IMG/VR virus record: IMGVR_UViG_3300026983_000007
Location: 1 to 36,089 of that record
Source: a virus
Taxonomy: Duplodnaviria; Caudoviricetes
DNA: 36,089 nucleotides
Reading direction: 5' to 3' (one strand)
In this document: positions 1 through 7,264 of the stretch, piece by piece
Position numbering within the stretch: the first letter of the stretch is position 1
Layout of the letters: every line of letters begins with the position of its first letter
Program-made: the position numbers and the translations under genes
Notes under the pieces: generated by a model
What the model was told of the DNA's origin: nothing
The model's input: only the letters and a program-made list of their open reading frames with translations
Databases searched by the model: none

Positions 1-133
1 CGCGCCGAGCGTGGCGACCAACACTCAGATCATCAAGGTAGACGCAGGCGGCTTCGGCGTATGGGCGGCCCTGTGGCTCGCCTCCATCTGCTGCGCCGTG
101 ATGCTGACGCTGACCTTCGTGTCACGCGCGGAC
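1..133. repeat. Terminal direct repeat / circular overlap, left copy
   Basis: Matches 35957-36089 except G at 7 vs A at 35963. Confidence 0.97.
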
Positions 134-262
134 CAGATCGATCAGAAACGCCGGATTGACCTGGCGAACGACAAGCTTTCGGTGATCCTGCAATGGGCGC
201 CGGAGCTGGCAAAGAAAGTCGATGATTCCACCAATCAAAGCAAGGGAGAGAAGTCACCATGA
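1..262 (+). CDS. 3' part of junction-spanning single-TM membrane protein in the lysis region (starts at 35868; 116 aa)
   Basis: Frame continuous across the circular join: MSHDAGDRDVAIQLAEAF...VAPSVATNTQIIKV...; hydrophobic stretch VWAALWLASICCAVMLTLTFV. Confidence 0.8.
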   Translation, partial: APSVATNTQIIKVDAGGFGVWAALWLASICCAVMLTLTFVSRADQIDQKRRIDLANDKLSVILQWAPELAKKVDDSTNQSKGEKSP

Positions 263-438
263 GTACCGTTGTCATCGGGGCCGGTGGTCCGCACCCCAAC
301 GCGCGCATTGTTTCTGTGTATGAAGAGGAAGGAACGCTGTCCTCTGTCGAAATTCGCGACGGTGAGGAAGTATTGCTGCGATGCGCCAAGCTATCGCATG
401 CCCGCGCGTTGCTTCCCCTTATCCAGTCGGGAGAATGA
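259..438 (+). CDS. Hypothetical 59-aa protein (not in ORF track)
   Basis: ATGA overlap with upstream stop, GGAG upstream; MSTVVIGAGGPHPNARIVSVYEEEG...LIQSGE; fills the gap before the holin. Confidence 0.7.
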   Translation: MSTVVIGAGGPHPNARIVSVYEEEGTLSSVEIRDGEEVLLRCAKLSHARALLPLIQSGE

Positions 439-442
439 CCCC

Positions 443-664
443 ATGCGCCTCGTGGACAACTGGAAGAAATCGGCCAAGTTCGCCACCAACTGGTTCCACG
501 GGGCGCAGCTGGCCGTGGCAGGGTCGTGGGCGGTATTGCCGCCTGACCTGAAGGCCTACCTACCTCCCAAGGTGATGATTGCCGTGGCGGCCTTCCTGGG
601 GCTTGGTGGCATCATCGCGCGTGCCGTCGATCAAGGCGGACCCAAGACGGGGGACACGCCATGA
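443..664 (+). CDS. Putative holin (73 aa)
   Basis: GGAG before ATG 443; MRLVDNWKK...two hydrophobic segments...ARAVDQ; directly upstream of spanins. Confidence 0.7.
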   Translation: MRLVDNWKKSAKFATNWFHGAQLAVAGSWAVLPPDLKAYLPPKVMIAVAAFLGLGGIIARAVDQGGPKTGDTP

Positions 665-960
665 TCCTTTCTGCCCTATGGGCCAAGGTAGGGAAGTACG
701 TTGTCGCCCTTGGGGCGATTCTGGCGGCAGTGGCGGCGATCTTCCTTAAGGGCCGATCCTCGGGTGAGGAAAAGCAGCAAGCCAAGGTAGACGAAGCCAC
801 GCAGAAGGCCCAAGAGGCCGAGCAAGTTCAACAAGTCATTGAGGTACGCCATGACGTTGACACGACGGTTCAAAACCTACCGCAAGCGCCTACGCAGGCT
901 GTGGCTACTGCTAATCCTTCTTCCGCTGCTGGCCAGCTGCACGACGACTGGTCCCGTTAG
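661..960 (+). CDS. Putative i-spanin (Rz-like)
   Basis: N-terminal TM helix, then coiled-coil-like EEKQQAKVDEATQKAQEAEQ; overlapped by a lipoprotein gene. Confidence 0.75.
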   Translation: MILSALWAKVGKYVVALGAILAAVAAIFLKGRSSGEEKQQAKVDEATQKAQEAEQVQQVIEVRHDVDTTVQNLPQAPTQAVATANPSSAAGQLHDDWSR

Positions 961-1105
961 GGTTGATCCGTGCAAAGGATGGTCACCTATCCTGGTTGGC
1001 GATGGTGACGTCCTTACCGACCAAACTGCTAAGGAAATCCTCGCGCACAACCTCAACGGCATAGCGCAAGGATGTTGGAAGAAGCCACAAAAAAAGCCCC
1101 AGTGA
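851..1105 (+). CDS. Putative o-spanin (Rz1-like lipoprotein)
   Basis: GAGG before ATG 851; basic N-region, hydrophobic core, lipobox LLAS-C; overlaps the i-spanin 3' end in another frame. Confidence 0.8.
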   Translation: MTLTRRFKTYRKRLRRLWLLLILLPLLASCTTTGPVRVDPCKGWSPILVGDGDVLTDQTAKEILAHNLNGIAQGCWKKPQKKPQ

Positions 1106-1119
1106 TGGGGCTTTTCTTT
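1089..1119. terminator. Bidirectional intrinsic terminator
   Basis: AAAAGCCCCA-GTGA-TGGGGCTTTT with A-run before and T-run after, between convergent arms. Confidence 0.9.
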
Positions 1120-1146
1120 GGGACGCCTATTTGTCACAGATCGCGT

Positions 1147-1365
1147 CTAGGGAGATGTGTGGTTGTCATGGCTTACCCCTTTGTCTGTCAGTTTTATTCC
1201 TCGCCTTAGGCACTCGTCACAGATCGCGTATTCAACCTCGCTTCGGCTGAAGATAACCCTAGACCGATTCACAGTGACTTTCGCCCAGAAGTTGCCGACG
1301 TGTAAACCGTCCTTGTTCGGCGAAACTGCGTCGCACGTATCGCATTTCAGGATCGTAGCCATCAC
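1147..1365 (-). CDS. Small putative zinc-binding protein
   Basis: CDTC...CDEC; start overlaps upstream stop; GGAGG RBS. Confidence 0.7.
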   Translation of the reverse strand: MMATILKCDTCDAVSPNKDGLHVGNFWAKVTVNRSRVIFSRSEVEYAICDECLRRGIKLTDKGVSHDNHTSP

Positions 1366-2111
1366 CCCTCCCCGCTAGCGAGCATGGCGGCGTCGATGGA
1401 CTTGTCTAGTAGAAGTTTTCCATCAGCACACTCAAGGTACATATTGTTGAAAGAGAGACGTTCGTCACATTCATAAGCGTTAGCCCTCAGCCATCTATAC
1501 CTAGCTACATCCCTCGCATCCTGCGCGTCGCCGCGTTGGGTGAGCATCGCCTCAAGAAGCTTAGCCACATCGGCAAGCGCCTCCACGTCCTCGGCGTATA
1601 CGACGCGCTCACGTACCAGCGCGCGTGCTGCCGTGCGCAGACGTTCCACAATGTCACCCGGCGTCGCAGCGGGAAGGGAAGCTAGATGGGCGTCGATGGC
1701 GAACCGTTTTCGTGAATATCCGTTTGCGTATGTGCCGTCATCCAAGCGCGCGTCGTATGTTTCTGGATGACTATCAACAATCGTTGCCGGATGGCTTCGG
1801 CCTAGATTGTCCTCCCACATCACACGCTGGCCGATGAACAAAGCTACCGCATCCTGCGCGTTGCCGCGTTGGGTGAGCATCGCCTCGCGGCAGGCGTTCC
1901 AGCCTTCGACGTAAGATTCTCGACAGTCCGGGTTAGTCCAATTGATCGATGCATCAAATTCCATAGCATCCGGCACCGCAGCGGGAAGGGTGGCGAGATG
2001 GGCGTCGATGGCGTCGGCTAGCTTGTCTCGAAGTTCATCCATGTTCACGTTCTCAGAAGCCGAGAAACGCAACAGGTCACGCACCTGATCAAGCGTCATT
2101 TTCTCACTCAT
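1362..2111 (-). CDS. Mosaic early protein, MSEKMTL paralog 1 (249 aa), Ea22/EaA-like modular type
   Basis: Start at ATG 2111 with AAGGA RBS, shared with the paralog at 7264; internal repeats AIDAHLA(T/S)LPAA x2 and EAMLTQRG(N/D)AQDA x2; GWNACREAML and ARYRWLR...IDAAML motifs. Confidence 0.8.
   Translation of the reverse strand: MSEKMTLDQVRDLLRFSASENVNMDELRDKLADAIDAHLATLPAAVPDAMEFDASINWTNPDCRESYVEGWNACREAMLTQRGNAQDAVALFIGQRVMWEDNLGRSHPATIVDSHPETYDARLDDGTYANGYSRKRFAIDAHLASLPAATPGDIVERLRTAARALVRERVVYAEDVEALADVAKLLEAMLTQRGDAQDARDVARYRWLRANAYECDERLSFNNMYLECADGKLLLDKSIDAAMLASGEG
1380..1399. repeat. Repeat A (IDAAML)
   Basis: GAGCATGGCGGCGTCGATGG identical to 6833-6852. Confidence 0.9.
1515..1553. 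repeat. Repeat B copy 1 (EAMLTQRGxAQxA)
   Basis: 39 bp, one mismatch to 1848-1886; third copy at 6986-7023. Confidence 0.92.
1665..1701. repeat. Repeat C copy 1 (AIDAHLASLPAA)
   Basis: CGCAGCGGGAAGGG...AGATGGGCGTCGATGGCG also within 1962-2018 and 7100-7156. Confidence 0.9.
1848..1886. repeat. Repeat B copy 2
   Basis: CGCATCCTGCGCGTTGCCGCGTTGGGTGAGCATCGCCTC. Confidence 0.92.
1962..2018. repeat. Repeat C copy 2
   Basis: 57 bp with 3 mismatches to 7100-7156. Confidence 0.92.
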
Positions 2112-2123
2112 GGCTTGGTCCTT
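2076..2123. repeat. Repeat D (RBS + MSEKMTLxQVRD)
   Basis: 48 bp, 3 mismatches to 7229-7276, including a perfect 34-bp block. Confidence 0.92.
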
Positions 2124-2275
2124 TAGGTGAAGTTGAAGCACTTCATGTGGCCGCACTTTGTGCAACGTACGATGTAGTAGTCACCGATCTTTCGGCAGCC
2201 ATTGGTGATGTTTCCGTGGCCTTCCTTGACATAATCGTGAATGCACAGACCGAGCAATTTACGTAACCAGATCAC
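2123..2275 (-). CDS. 50-aa Cys/His-rich protein (not in ORF track)
   Basis: GTG overlapping upstream TGA; MIWLRKLLGLCIHDY...RCTKCGHMKCFNFT, a pattern reminiscent of DUF1660-like prophage proteins. Confidence 0.7.
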   Translation of the reverse strand: MIWLRKLLGLCIHDYVKEGHGNITNGCRKIGDYYIVRCTKCGHMKCFNFT

Positions 2276-2303
2276 TCGCCTTCCCCTTCGCCTAGCGCGG
2301 CTT
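2272..2303. repeat. Repeat E distal copy (stop + RBS + GTG start)
   Basis: 2272-2298 vs 7496-7522 has 2 mismatches in 27; 2285-2303 identical to 7584-7602. Confidence 0.88.
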
Positions 2304-2439
2304 TTAGTTCATCGTTTCGTTTTGACAAGGCGCGTGCAACCCATTCTGCGAATAGATGTGGCCGAATAGGAATGGTTGCGCCTTCGTCTTCTTCTTTAGC
2401 TTTTCTCTCGCACCACTCAGCGGGAATATCGAATTTCAT
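2272..2439 (-). CDS. Hypothetical 55-aa protein ending in repeat E (AALGEGEGE)
   Basis: ATG 2439 overlaps the stop of 2436-2762; MKFDIPAEWCERKAKEEDE... Confidence 0.65.
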   Translation of the reverse strand: MKFDIPAEWCERKAKEEDEGATIPIRPHLFAEWVARALSKRNDELKAALGEGEGE

Positions 2440-2762
2440 CCGTCTACTCCTAGCGCGGCTTGGAGGGCGGCGCGCATGGCGTTTCTTAACCTTTCCCTTT
2501 GTTGACAACCCTCGTCCCAAGAGGGGCTATCCCATGGTGTGTAGCCTTTTAAGGATGCAATGATCGCTCGCTCCACCATGTCATTGTCCACCTCCACGCG
2601 CTTGGCGGTGGCGAGGATGGCGGAGAGTTCGTCGGCGCATGTCTCCACGGCTTCTACTACCGTAAAGCCGTAGTCATCCATTGCACGGAATCCGCCTTTA
2701 CGGACCCCACGCCACGTCTCCACCAACGCCTTCAACTGGTCTTCCGAAAGGATGAGGTTCAT
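2436..2762 (-). CDS. Hypothetical early protein
   Basis: Coupled ORF; VDNDMVERA...MRAALQAALG motif; contains degenerate repeat C (CADELSAILAT). Confidence 0.75.
   Translation of the reverse strand: MNLILSEDQLKALVETWRGVRKGGFRAMDDYGFTVVEAVETCADELSAILATAKRVEVDNDMVERAIIASLKGYTPWDSPSWDEGCQQRERLRNAMRAALQAALGVDG
2449..2475. repeat. Repeat E proximal copy (RAALQAALG)
   Basis: CCTAGCGCGGCTTGGAGGGCGGCGCGC identical to 7590-7616. Confidence 0.92.
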
Positions 2763-2980
2763 GGGGCTCTTTCCAACGCAGCCATAAGGCTGTCAGCGCG
2801 AGTAACAGCAAGTTGTGCTGCGTCCTTGCCGTGAGATGCCCATCCTGGCGTAGAGCACATGGCAGCCATGATCGCTATTGCAGCGTACTCACGCTTTGTG
2901 AGTCCTGATTGCCAGTCTTGGTCGCGAGGATAGTTTTCACTGAGTGGGAATGCCGGGGTTATGGCGATTGGAAAGGTCAT
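2759..2980 (-). CDS. Conserved small phage protein (PAFP...GLTKREYAA type)
   Basis: Motif PAFP...GLTKREYAAIAIM...AVTRADSLMAAL common in phage early regions; coupled overlaps. Confidence 0.75.
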   Translation of the reverse strand: MTFPIAITPAFPLSENYPRDQDWQSGLTKREYAAIAIMAAMCSTPGWASHGKDAAQLAVTRADSLMAALERAP

Positions 2981-3339
2981 GTGGTTTCCTTCAAAGCTTC
3001 ACAGGCAGCAGCAGCTAACTCGTTCAACGTCTCGGCGTAGATCATCGGGCTTGACTCAAAAGTGCATTCAGCGCCGTATCGCTCGTAATGTGCCCATGCA
3101 TCGACAACCTTCTGAGATGCGGACCTAAGCGCCTCGATCTCGTCCAGAAGGGCGTCTATAACGGTAGCTGCCTCGATGGGAAGGTCATTTTGACCTTCAT
3201 GTCCCGCTGAGCTACCGCTAAACCAATGGCCGGTTCTTTCATCGAAGCCAGCCGTAAACCAGTAAGCCGGACTACGCAATGCCTCCACCAACTCCCGCAG
3301 ACGCGCCTTCTGTTCGTTCGTCAATGCATCCATGATCAC
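2977..3339 (-). CDS. Hypothetical Ead/Ea22-like early protein
   Basis: GGAG upstream; ALLDEIEALR helix; start uncertain by a few codons. Confidence 0.65.
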   Translation of the reverse strand: MIMDALTNEQKARLRELVEALRSPAYWFTAGFDERTGHWFSGSSAGHEGQNDLPIEAATVIDALLDEIEALRSASQKVVDAWAHYERYGAECTFESSPMIYAETLNELAAAACEALKETT

Positions 3340-3363
3340 TCCAAATTGTTAGGGCAATAGGTA

Positions 3364-3457
3364 GCCGCTTACGGCGGCCAGTCGGGCGGTGACGTTTTCC
3401 GCCTTCGCGCTTCGGCAGGGCGACCCACATCCGGGCGCGAACGTGCCCCAAAACACG
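3364..3457 (-). ncRNA. Candidate structured intergenic RNA
   Basis: Four adjacent inverted-repeat stems in a non-coding gap. Confidence 0.4.
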
Positions 3458-3463
3458 GTGGCA

Positions 3464-3745
3464 TCACTTTAGGACGAGACGGCCTGAGCGGATCAGACGG
3501 TCGATGGTGTCAACATACGCCGCGTTCCATGCCGCACGCCTCTCTTCCTTCGTCATGGTCTTCCCGTTGTCGATCTCCATGTGCTCATGCATGCAGATAG
3601 CGGCGATGAGGTGGTCAGCGGATTTCTGTCCCAGTCCTCGACCCTGGTTACGGTGACTGGCCTGTACACCGAACCGACCGCAAAGCGAGCACGTCTCAAG
3701 TCCATGGATCGCATCAAACCACTTTCGCTGATTCGCAGTGCTCAT
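3464..3745 (-). CDS. HNH-like nuclease-fold protein (DUF1364/DUF968-like)
   Basis: CSLCG...ASH...GRGLGQK..DH...IC..EH..ID. Confidence 0.7.
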   Translation of the reverse strand: MSTANQRKWFDAIHGLETCSLCGRFGVQASHRNQGRGLGQKSADHLIAAICMHEHMEIDNGKTMTKEERRAAWNAAYVDTIDRLIRSGRLVLK

Positions 3746-4182
3746 GTCCACGGCTCCGGGTCAGGAATCATGATGCCCTTGGATGCGCCGAACCGCTGGC
3801 AAAACTCCACGAATTCGGCAAACTCCATCTTGCTTAGCGTCTTGTGTTTACCGTCCTCATCATGCGTCGTGCTACGCCGAGGCGTTACACATACGCCGGA
3901 TGGAAAATTAGGCGACCGTGGCACACGCTTTTCCTTCCACCCCCAGTATTCGCCGCACAAAAGTTCGTGAACATCCGACCCTTCATAACCCGTTGCGTCG
4001 CTCAGTAGCTTGATGATCACGCCAAAGTAGTATCGGTTTTGCTGACTGCTGCGATTATGCGTATCCGGCTCAATCGTGACGCGCCACGCCTTCGCGGCTG
4101 ACAGGTCATGGATGAAAGCTAGCGCGTGCGCTTCGATGGGCTTACGCAGCGCGCCGACCGGAAGGCGGAAGGTCTTGTTCAC
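3742..4182 (-). CDS. NinB/Orf-like recombination protein
   Basis: RSSQQNRYYFGV, ST...LSKMEFAEFVE, GIMIPDP; next to the exonuclease. Confidence 0.7.
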   Translation of the reverse strand: MNKTFRLPVGALRKPIEAHALAFIHDLSAAKAWRVTIEPDTHNRSSQQNRYYFGVIIKLLSDATGYEGSDVHELLCGEYWGWKEKRVPRSPNFPSGVCVTPRRSTTHDEDGKHKTLSKMEFAEFVEFCQRFGASKGIMIPDPEPWT

Positions 4183-4796
4183 TGGTAGTTCCTGATGCGA
4201 TCCACCATCGCGTCAAGTTCCTCAACAAACGCCCCACATTCGTTTGCTAGCCGATCGTGATAGGCATTATCTGCCGTGACCTCGACATGAAACAGAGGCA
4301 TGCCGGGCCAATAAGCAATGAAGTAGCACATATCAACATCGGATACCCATAGCTGCCCCTGTGTCTGTGCCACATGCTCCGGTGGAAGCTTCCGTCGCTC
4401 AAGGCATTCAATGAGGATATGAGGTTCCTTCGATTTTGCCTCGACCAGTGCGTGAATCGCATCCTGCTCCCAATAAATGACACGATCCGGGCTTGCGCCA
4501 ACCCGTCCGCGACGCATGAAACCTAATTCATGGGGATGCATGTCATGCAGGAAAGCGAACTTATCGATAGCCTCCTTCTCCATTGCATGCCCGCGCTCCA
4601 TGGCTGCATTGGTATAGCTAGGCATGACTTCGCCTGTGATGATCTCCCCGGCAAGCTTGCGCATGTAGGTGGCGCGCGTCTTGCCTTCGCCCTTCGCCAA
4701 CACGGCCGCGAAGTTAGACGCCGTGACGATGCCAAGACGAGCCTGCACCCACTCGGGCGAATTCTGTTCGCAGTCGATGATATCAAGCGGCGCCAT
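4179..4796 (-). CDS. YqaJ / lambda-exonuclease family protein
   Basis: QNSPEW..ARLG..TAS, MERGH..E, GASPD, EAK, Q.QGQLWV. Confidence 0.9.
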   Translation of the reverse strand: MAPLDIIDCEQNSPEWVQARLGIVTASNFAAVLAKGEGKTRATYMRKLAGEIITGEVMPSYTNAAMERGHAMEKEAIDKFAFLHDMHPHELGFMRRGRVGASPDRVIYWEQDAIHALVEAKSKEPHILIECLERRKLPPEHVAQTQGQLWVSDVDMCYFIAYWPGMPLFHVEVTADNAYHDRLANECGAFVEELDAMVDRIRNYQ

Positions 4797-5538
4797 GCTT
4801 ACGCTCCTTGGCAGCGATCTTCTGTTTGATATCGCGCATCACGCCGTCGAAGCGGTTTGCGGGAATGGAGGTAATCGCGTCTACTTTGAAGTAGTCGCAG
4901 AAGGCTCGAATGTCGAAATCATTGTCTTCCAGAATGTCTCGTATCGTCGCGGCCTGGGCATCGCTGACGCAGACGGTGCCGGATGCGTTGTTGCCGTCGT
5001 CATCCTCCGCAGCCTCAATCACGTTGAAGATCATCTTCAGAAGGTAGCGACGGCCGTAACTGGTGGCCGATCCAAGCGCATGTGTCTTAGTCATCACGTC
5101 GTTACCCTTGGCGCCCTTGCCATCGGCGGGCATATCAACCTTATAGGTCCGCGTGTGGCCGTCCCTGTGCGACACATAGCAGATGAAGCGCACCTCTTCG
5201 GTCACGCGTGCATCTCCCGTGTCGAAGCTGAGCGCGAAACCATGGCGCACGTACACCGGGCGAATGTAGGCATCCAGCTTGTCATAGGTGACGTAGCTGC
5301 TACTGGTCTGCTTGTTCGTCTTGTTCCAGCCAATGGCGCGAATCTCGGCTTGCGCCGCATTCATGGCGTCATTGAAGGACTGCTCGGCCACCTTTTCGTC
5401 CATGCGCTCTTTCATCACCAACAGACGTTCCATCTTGTCCAGGTCGATGGACGGATCGGAAGCGGCGCGCGCAATCAGTGCCAACATCGTATCCGGCGCG
5501 GGGCGTTCGCTCGACGTTGCAATATCGGTCGTGTTCAT
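4783..5538 (-). CDS. erf: ERF-family single-strand annealing protein
   Basis: GSATSYGRRY and EDDDG motifs; paired with the exonuclease. Confidence 0.88.
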   Translation of the reverse strand: MNTTDIATSSERPAPDTMLALIARAASDPSIDLDKMERLLVMKERMDEKVAEQSFNDAMNAAQAEIRAIGWNKTNKQTSSSYVTYDKLDAYIRPVYVRHGFALSFDTGDARVTEEVRFICYVSHRDGHTRTYKVDMPADGKGAKGNDVMTKTHALGSATSYGRRYLLKMIFNVIEAAEDDDGNNASGTVCVSDAQAATIRDILEDNDFDIRAFCDYFKVDAITSIPANRFDGVMRDIKQKIAAKERKHGAA

Positions 5539-5563
5539 GAATTCGTTCCTAGTGCATTAGGGC

Positions 5564-5752
5564 TTAGATTTCCGTCCAGCGTGTTTCCCGCTGGCGTGTC
5601 TTGCTAGGGGTGAATACGCGGATTCGCTCCACCGTATCGAGACCTTCCAGATCGGCCATCCGCTTAGCCATGGATTCGGCATCCGTCATGGGCAACAACT
5701 GGTCCGGCTCGATCTTGTTGCGGTAGCGCACCTCAAGAATCGCGTGGCACAT
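5564..5752 (-). CDS. Hypothetical protein
   Basis: GAGG RBS; co-oriented in operon. Confidence 0.65.
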   Translation of the reverse strand: MCHAILEVRYRNKIEPDQLLPMTDAESMAKRMADLEGLDTVERIRVFTPSKTRQRETRWTEI

Positions 5753-5755
5753 GGC

Positions 5756-5887
5756 TTAACCCTCGTCCGTCTCGTAATCCGAGACCATGGCGTTAGAGGC
5801 AATGGGAACAATGCTCAACAGGATGCGAAGGGCTTCGCACGCGTCGTGCTGCTCATCCGGCGTCATGTCGATCAGCTCGGGAATCAT
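5756..5887 (-). CDS. Hypothetical 43-aa protein
   Basis: ATG 5887 overlaps upstream TGA; MIPELIDMTPDEQHDACE... Confidence 0.55.
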   Translation of the reverse strand: MIPELIDMTPDEQHDACEALRILLSIVPIASNAMVSDYETDEG

Positions 5888-5967
5888 GGGCGTATACACC
5901 ACACCAATGCCGCGCCAAGCCATGCTAAGGCAATGACCGTCCACTCAAACCGTTCACGTCGTGTCAT
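5884..5967 (-). CDS. 27-aa single-TM peptide
   Basis: GAGG RBS, ATGA overlaps at both ends; MTRRERFEWTVIALAWLGAALVWCIRP. Confidence 0.55.
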   Translation of the reverse strand: MTRRERFEWTVIALAWLGAALVWCIRP

Positions 5968-6815
5968 GCCAGTGACCTCAAAATGTCGATCAAATCGGTG
6001 GCTTCTTGCTTGTAAGCCGCCGACCGCGCCGCCGGCCGCGCCGACTCCGCCGCCGACCGCGCCGCCGAATCCGCCGACCACGCCGCCGACCACGCCGCCG
6101 ACCGCGCCGACCACACCGCCGACCGCGCCGACCGCGCCGACCACACCGACCACGCCGCCGACTCCGCCGACTCCGACCTCGCCGACTCCGCCGCCGCCGC
6201 CTCCGCCGCCTCCGGCCTCGCCGACCACGCCGCCGACTCCGCCGACTCCGACCTCGCCGACTCCGCCGCCGACAACCTCGCCGACAACGCCGCCGACAAC
6301 GCCGCCGACCAATCGCAAACATTTCCGCCAAGCTTTGCTTCATGGCAGCGCCGAACAACGATCAGCGCAGAAAGAACTTGGTCAATAACCTCGTCGTTGG
6401 CGTCGCCATATTTGGCGCTATTTCCTTCCTGAAGCGCGATAAGCCGATCCATGCGACGGATGGCCAGGTGATGGCGAACCAGCTCAAGGTCTACGCCGAC
6501 AGGAACAGCCTCGCGCAAGTCCACATGGAAACGCTCGCGCTCACCATTGGGCAAGCCTTCAAAAAGCCTGTCATTCAAGTGAACCAGCCATTCCGGCCAA
6601 CCCGCATGCGCAGCGACTACGGCGTGATAGTCATGGCTTTCTGGATCAATGTCGTGCGCCATGCAGCCGACGCTACAGCCACGGAATGCACCATTGTATT
6701 CGACGTCATTGCCGTAGGTTCCAGCAAGAAGCATGTCGGCTTCGTAGTGGTGCTTGGCCTGGGCGACGTGGAAGGCCTTCACGGCCGGATCATTGTGGTA
6801 GGACAGGACAGTCAT
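5964..6815 (-). CDS. Hypothetical protein with S-A-A-x tetrad repeat tract
   Basis: Globular N-terminus (GCSVGC), repeat tract, helical C-terminus; AAGGA RBS. Confidence 0.85.
   Translation of the reverse strand: MTVLSYHNDPAVKAFHVAQAKHHYEADMLLAGTYGNDVEYNGAFRGCSVGCMAHDIDPESHDYHAVVAAHAGWPEWLVHLNDRLFEGLPNGERERFHVDLREAVPVGVDLELVRHHLAIRRMDRLIALQEGNSAKYGDANDEVIDQVLSALIVVRRCHEAKLGGNVCDWSAALSAALSARLSAAESARSESAESAAWSARPEAAEAAAAESARSESAESAAWSVWSARSARSAVWSARSAAWSAAWSADSAARSAAESARPAARSAAYKQEATDLIDILRSLA
6016..6310. repeat. Low-complexity coding tandem repeat (9/12-nt GCCGCCGACxxx units)
   Basis: Includes a perfect 51-bp duplication, 6146-6196 = 6221-6271. Confidence 0.92.
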
Positions 6816-7264
6816 GGGAGTTCCTTATCATTGAGCATGGCGGCGTCGATGGCTTGCTCGACGTGGCGCACATCGTCACAAGGCTCGGACAAATAGAGAT
6901 ACGGAGCACGATACAAAGGGAGTTGCGTTGTGACTGCACCAACTTTCATTTTCGACAACAAATAGCGATACCTCGCCGCATTCCTCGCATACTGCGCGTT
7001 GCCGCGTTGGGTGAGCATCGCCTTTAGCACCTTGTATGCCGATTCGCTGTGCATGCCGTGAAGCTCCATGCACTCAAGAGCATCGTCTATTGCGGATGTC
7101 ATCGCATCCTGCACCGCAGCGGGAAGGGTGGCGAGGTGGGCGTCGATGGCGTCGGCGCATTCCATAAGTCGTTCTTCTGCGTATGACATGCCTTCGTCGC
7201 CAGCAGCCCAAGAAAACGTCTTAATCGTGTCGCGCACCTGCGCAAGCGTCATTTTCTCACTCAT
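6812..7264 (-). CDS. Mosaic early protein, MSEKMTL paralog 2 (150 aa)
   Basis: Shares repeats D, C, B, A with 1362-2111; intervening segments differ. Confidence 0.85.
   Translation of the reverse strand: MSEKMTLAQVRDTIKTFSWAAGDEGMSYAEERLMECADAIDAHLATLPAAVQDAMTSAIDDALECMELHGMHSESAYKVLKAMLTQRGNAQYARNAARYRYLLSKMKVGAVTTQLPLYRAPYLYLSEPCDDVRHVEQAIDAAMLNDKELP

Noticed and set aside
1-133. attL/attR of a prophage
   Set aside because: No host flanks or integrase; the repeat lies inside a lysis-region gene
269-442. N-terminal extension of the holin in the ORF track
   Set aside because: Better explained by ORF 259-438 and a start at 443 with RBS
1380-2475. CRISPR array, DGR or shufflon interpretation of the repeats
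   Set aside because: Several distinct repeat types, all coding, co-oriented and irregularly spaced; no cas, reverse transcriptase or invertase gene; mismatches are not adenine-specific
3364-3457. tRNA gene
   Set aside because: No TTC T-loop, acceptor stem or CCA
4669-5607. 312-aa plus-strand ORF
   Set aside because: Antisense shadow of the ERF and exonuclease genes
5744-6896. Poly-Arg, poly-Pro/Thr and poly-Gly/Val ORFs
   Set aside because: Alternate-frame shadows of the SAAx repeat; only 5964-6815 (-) fits operon coupling
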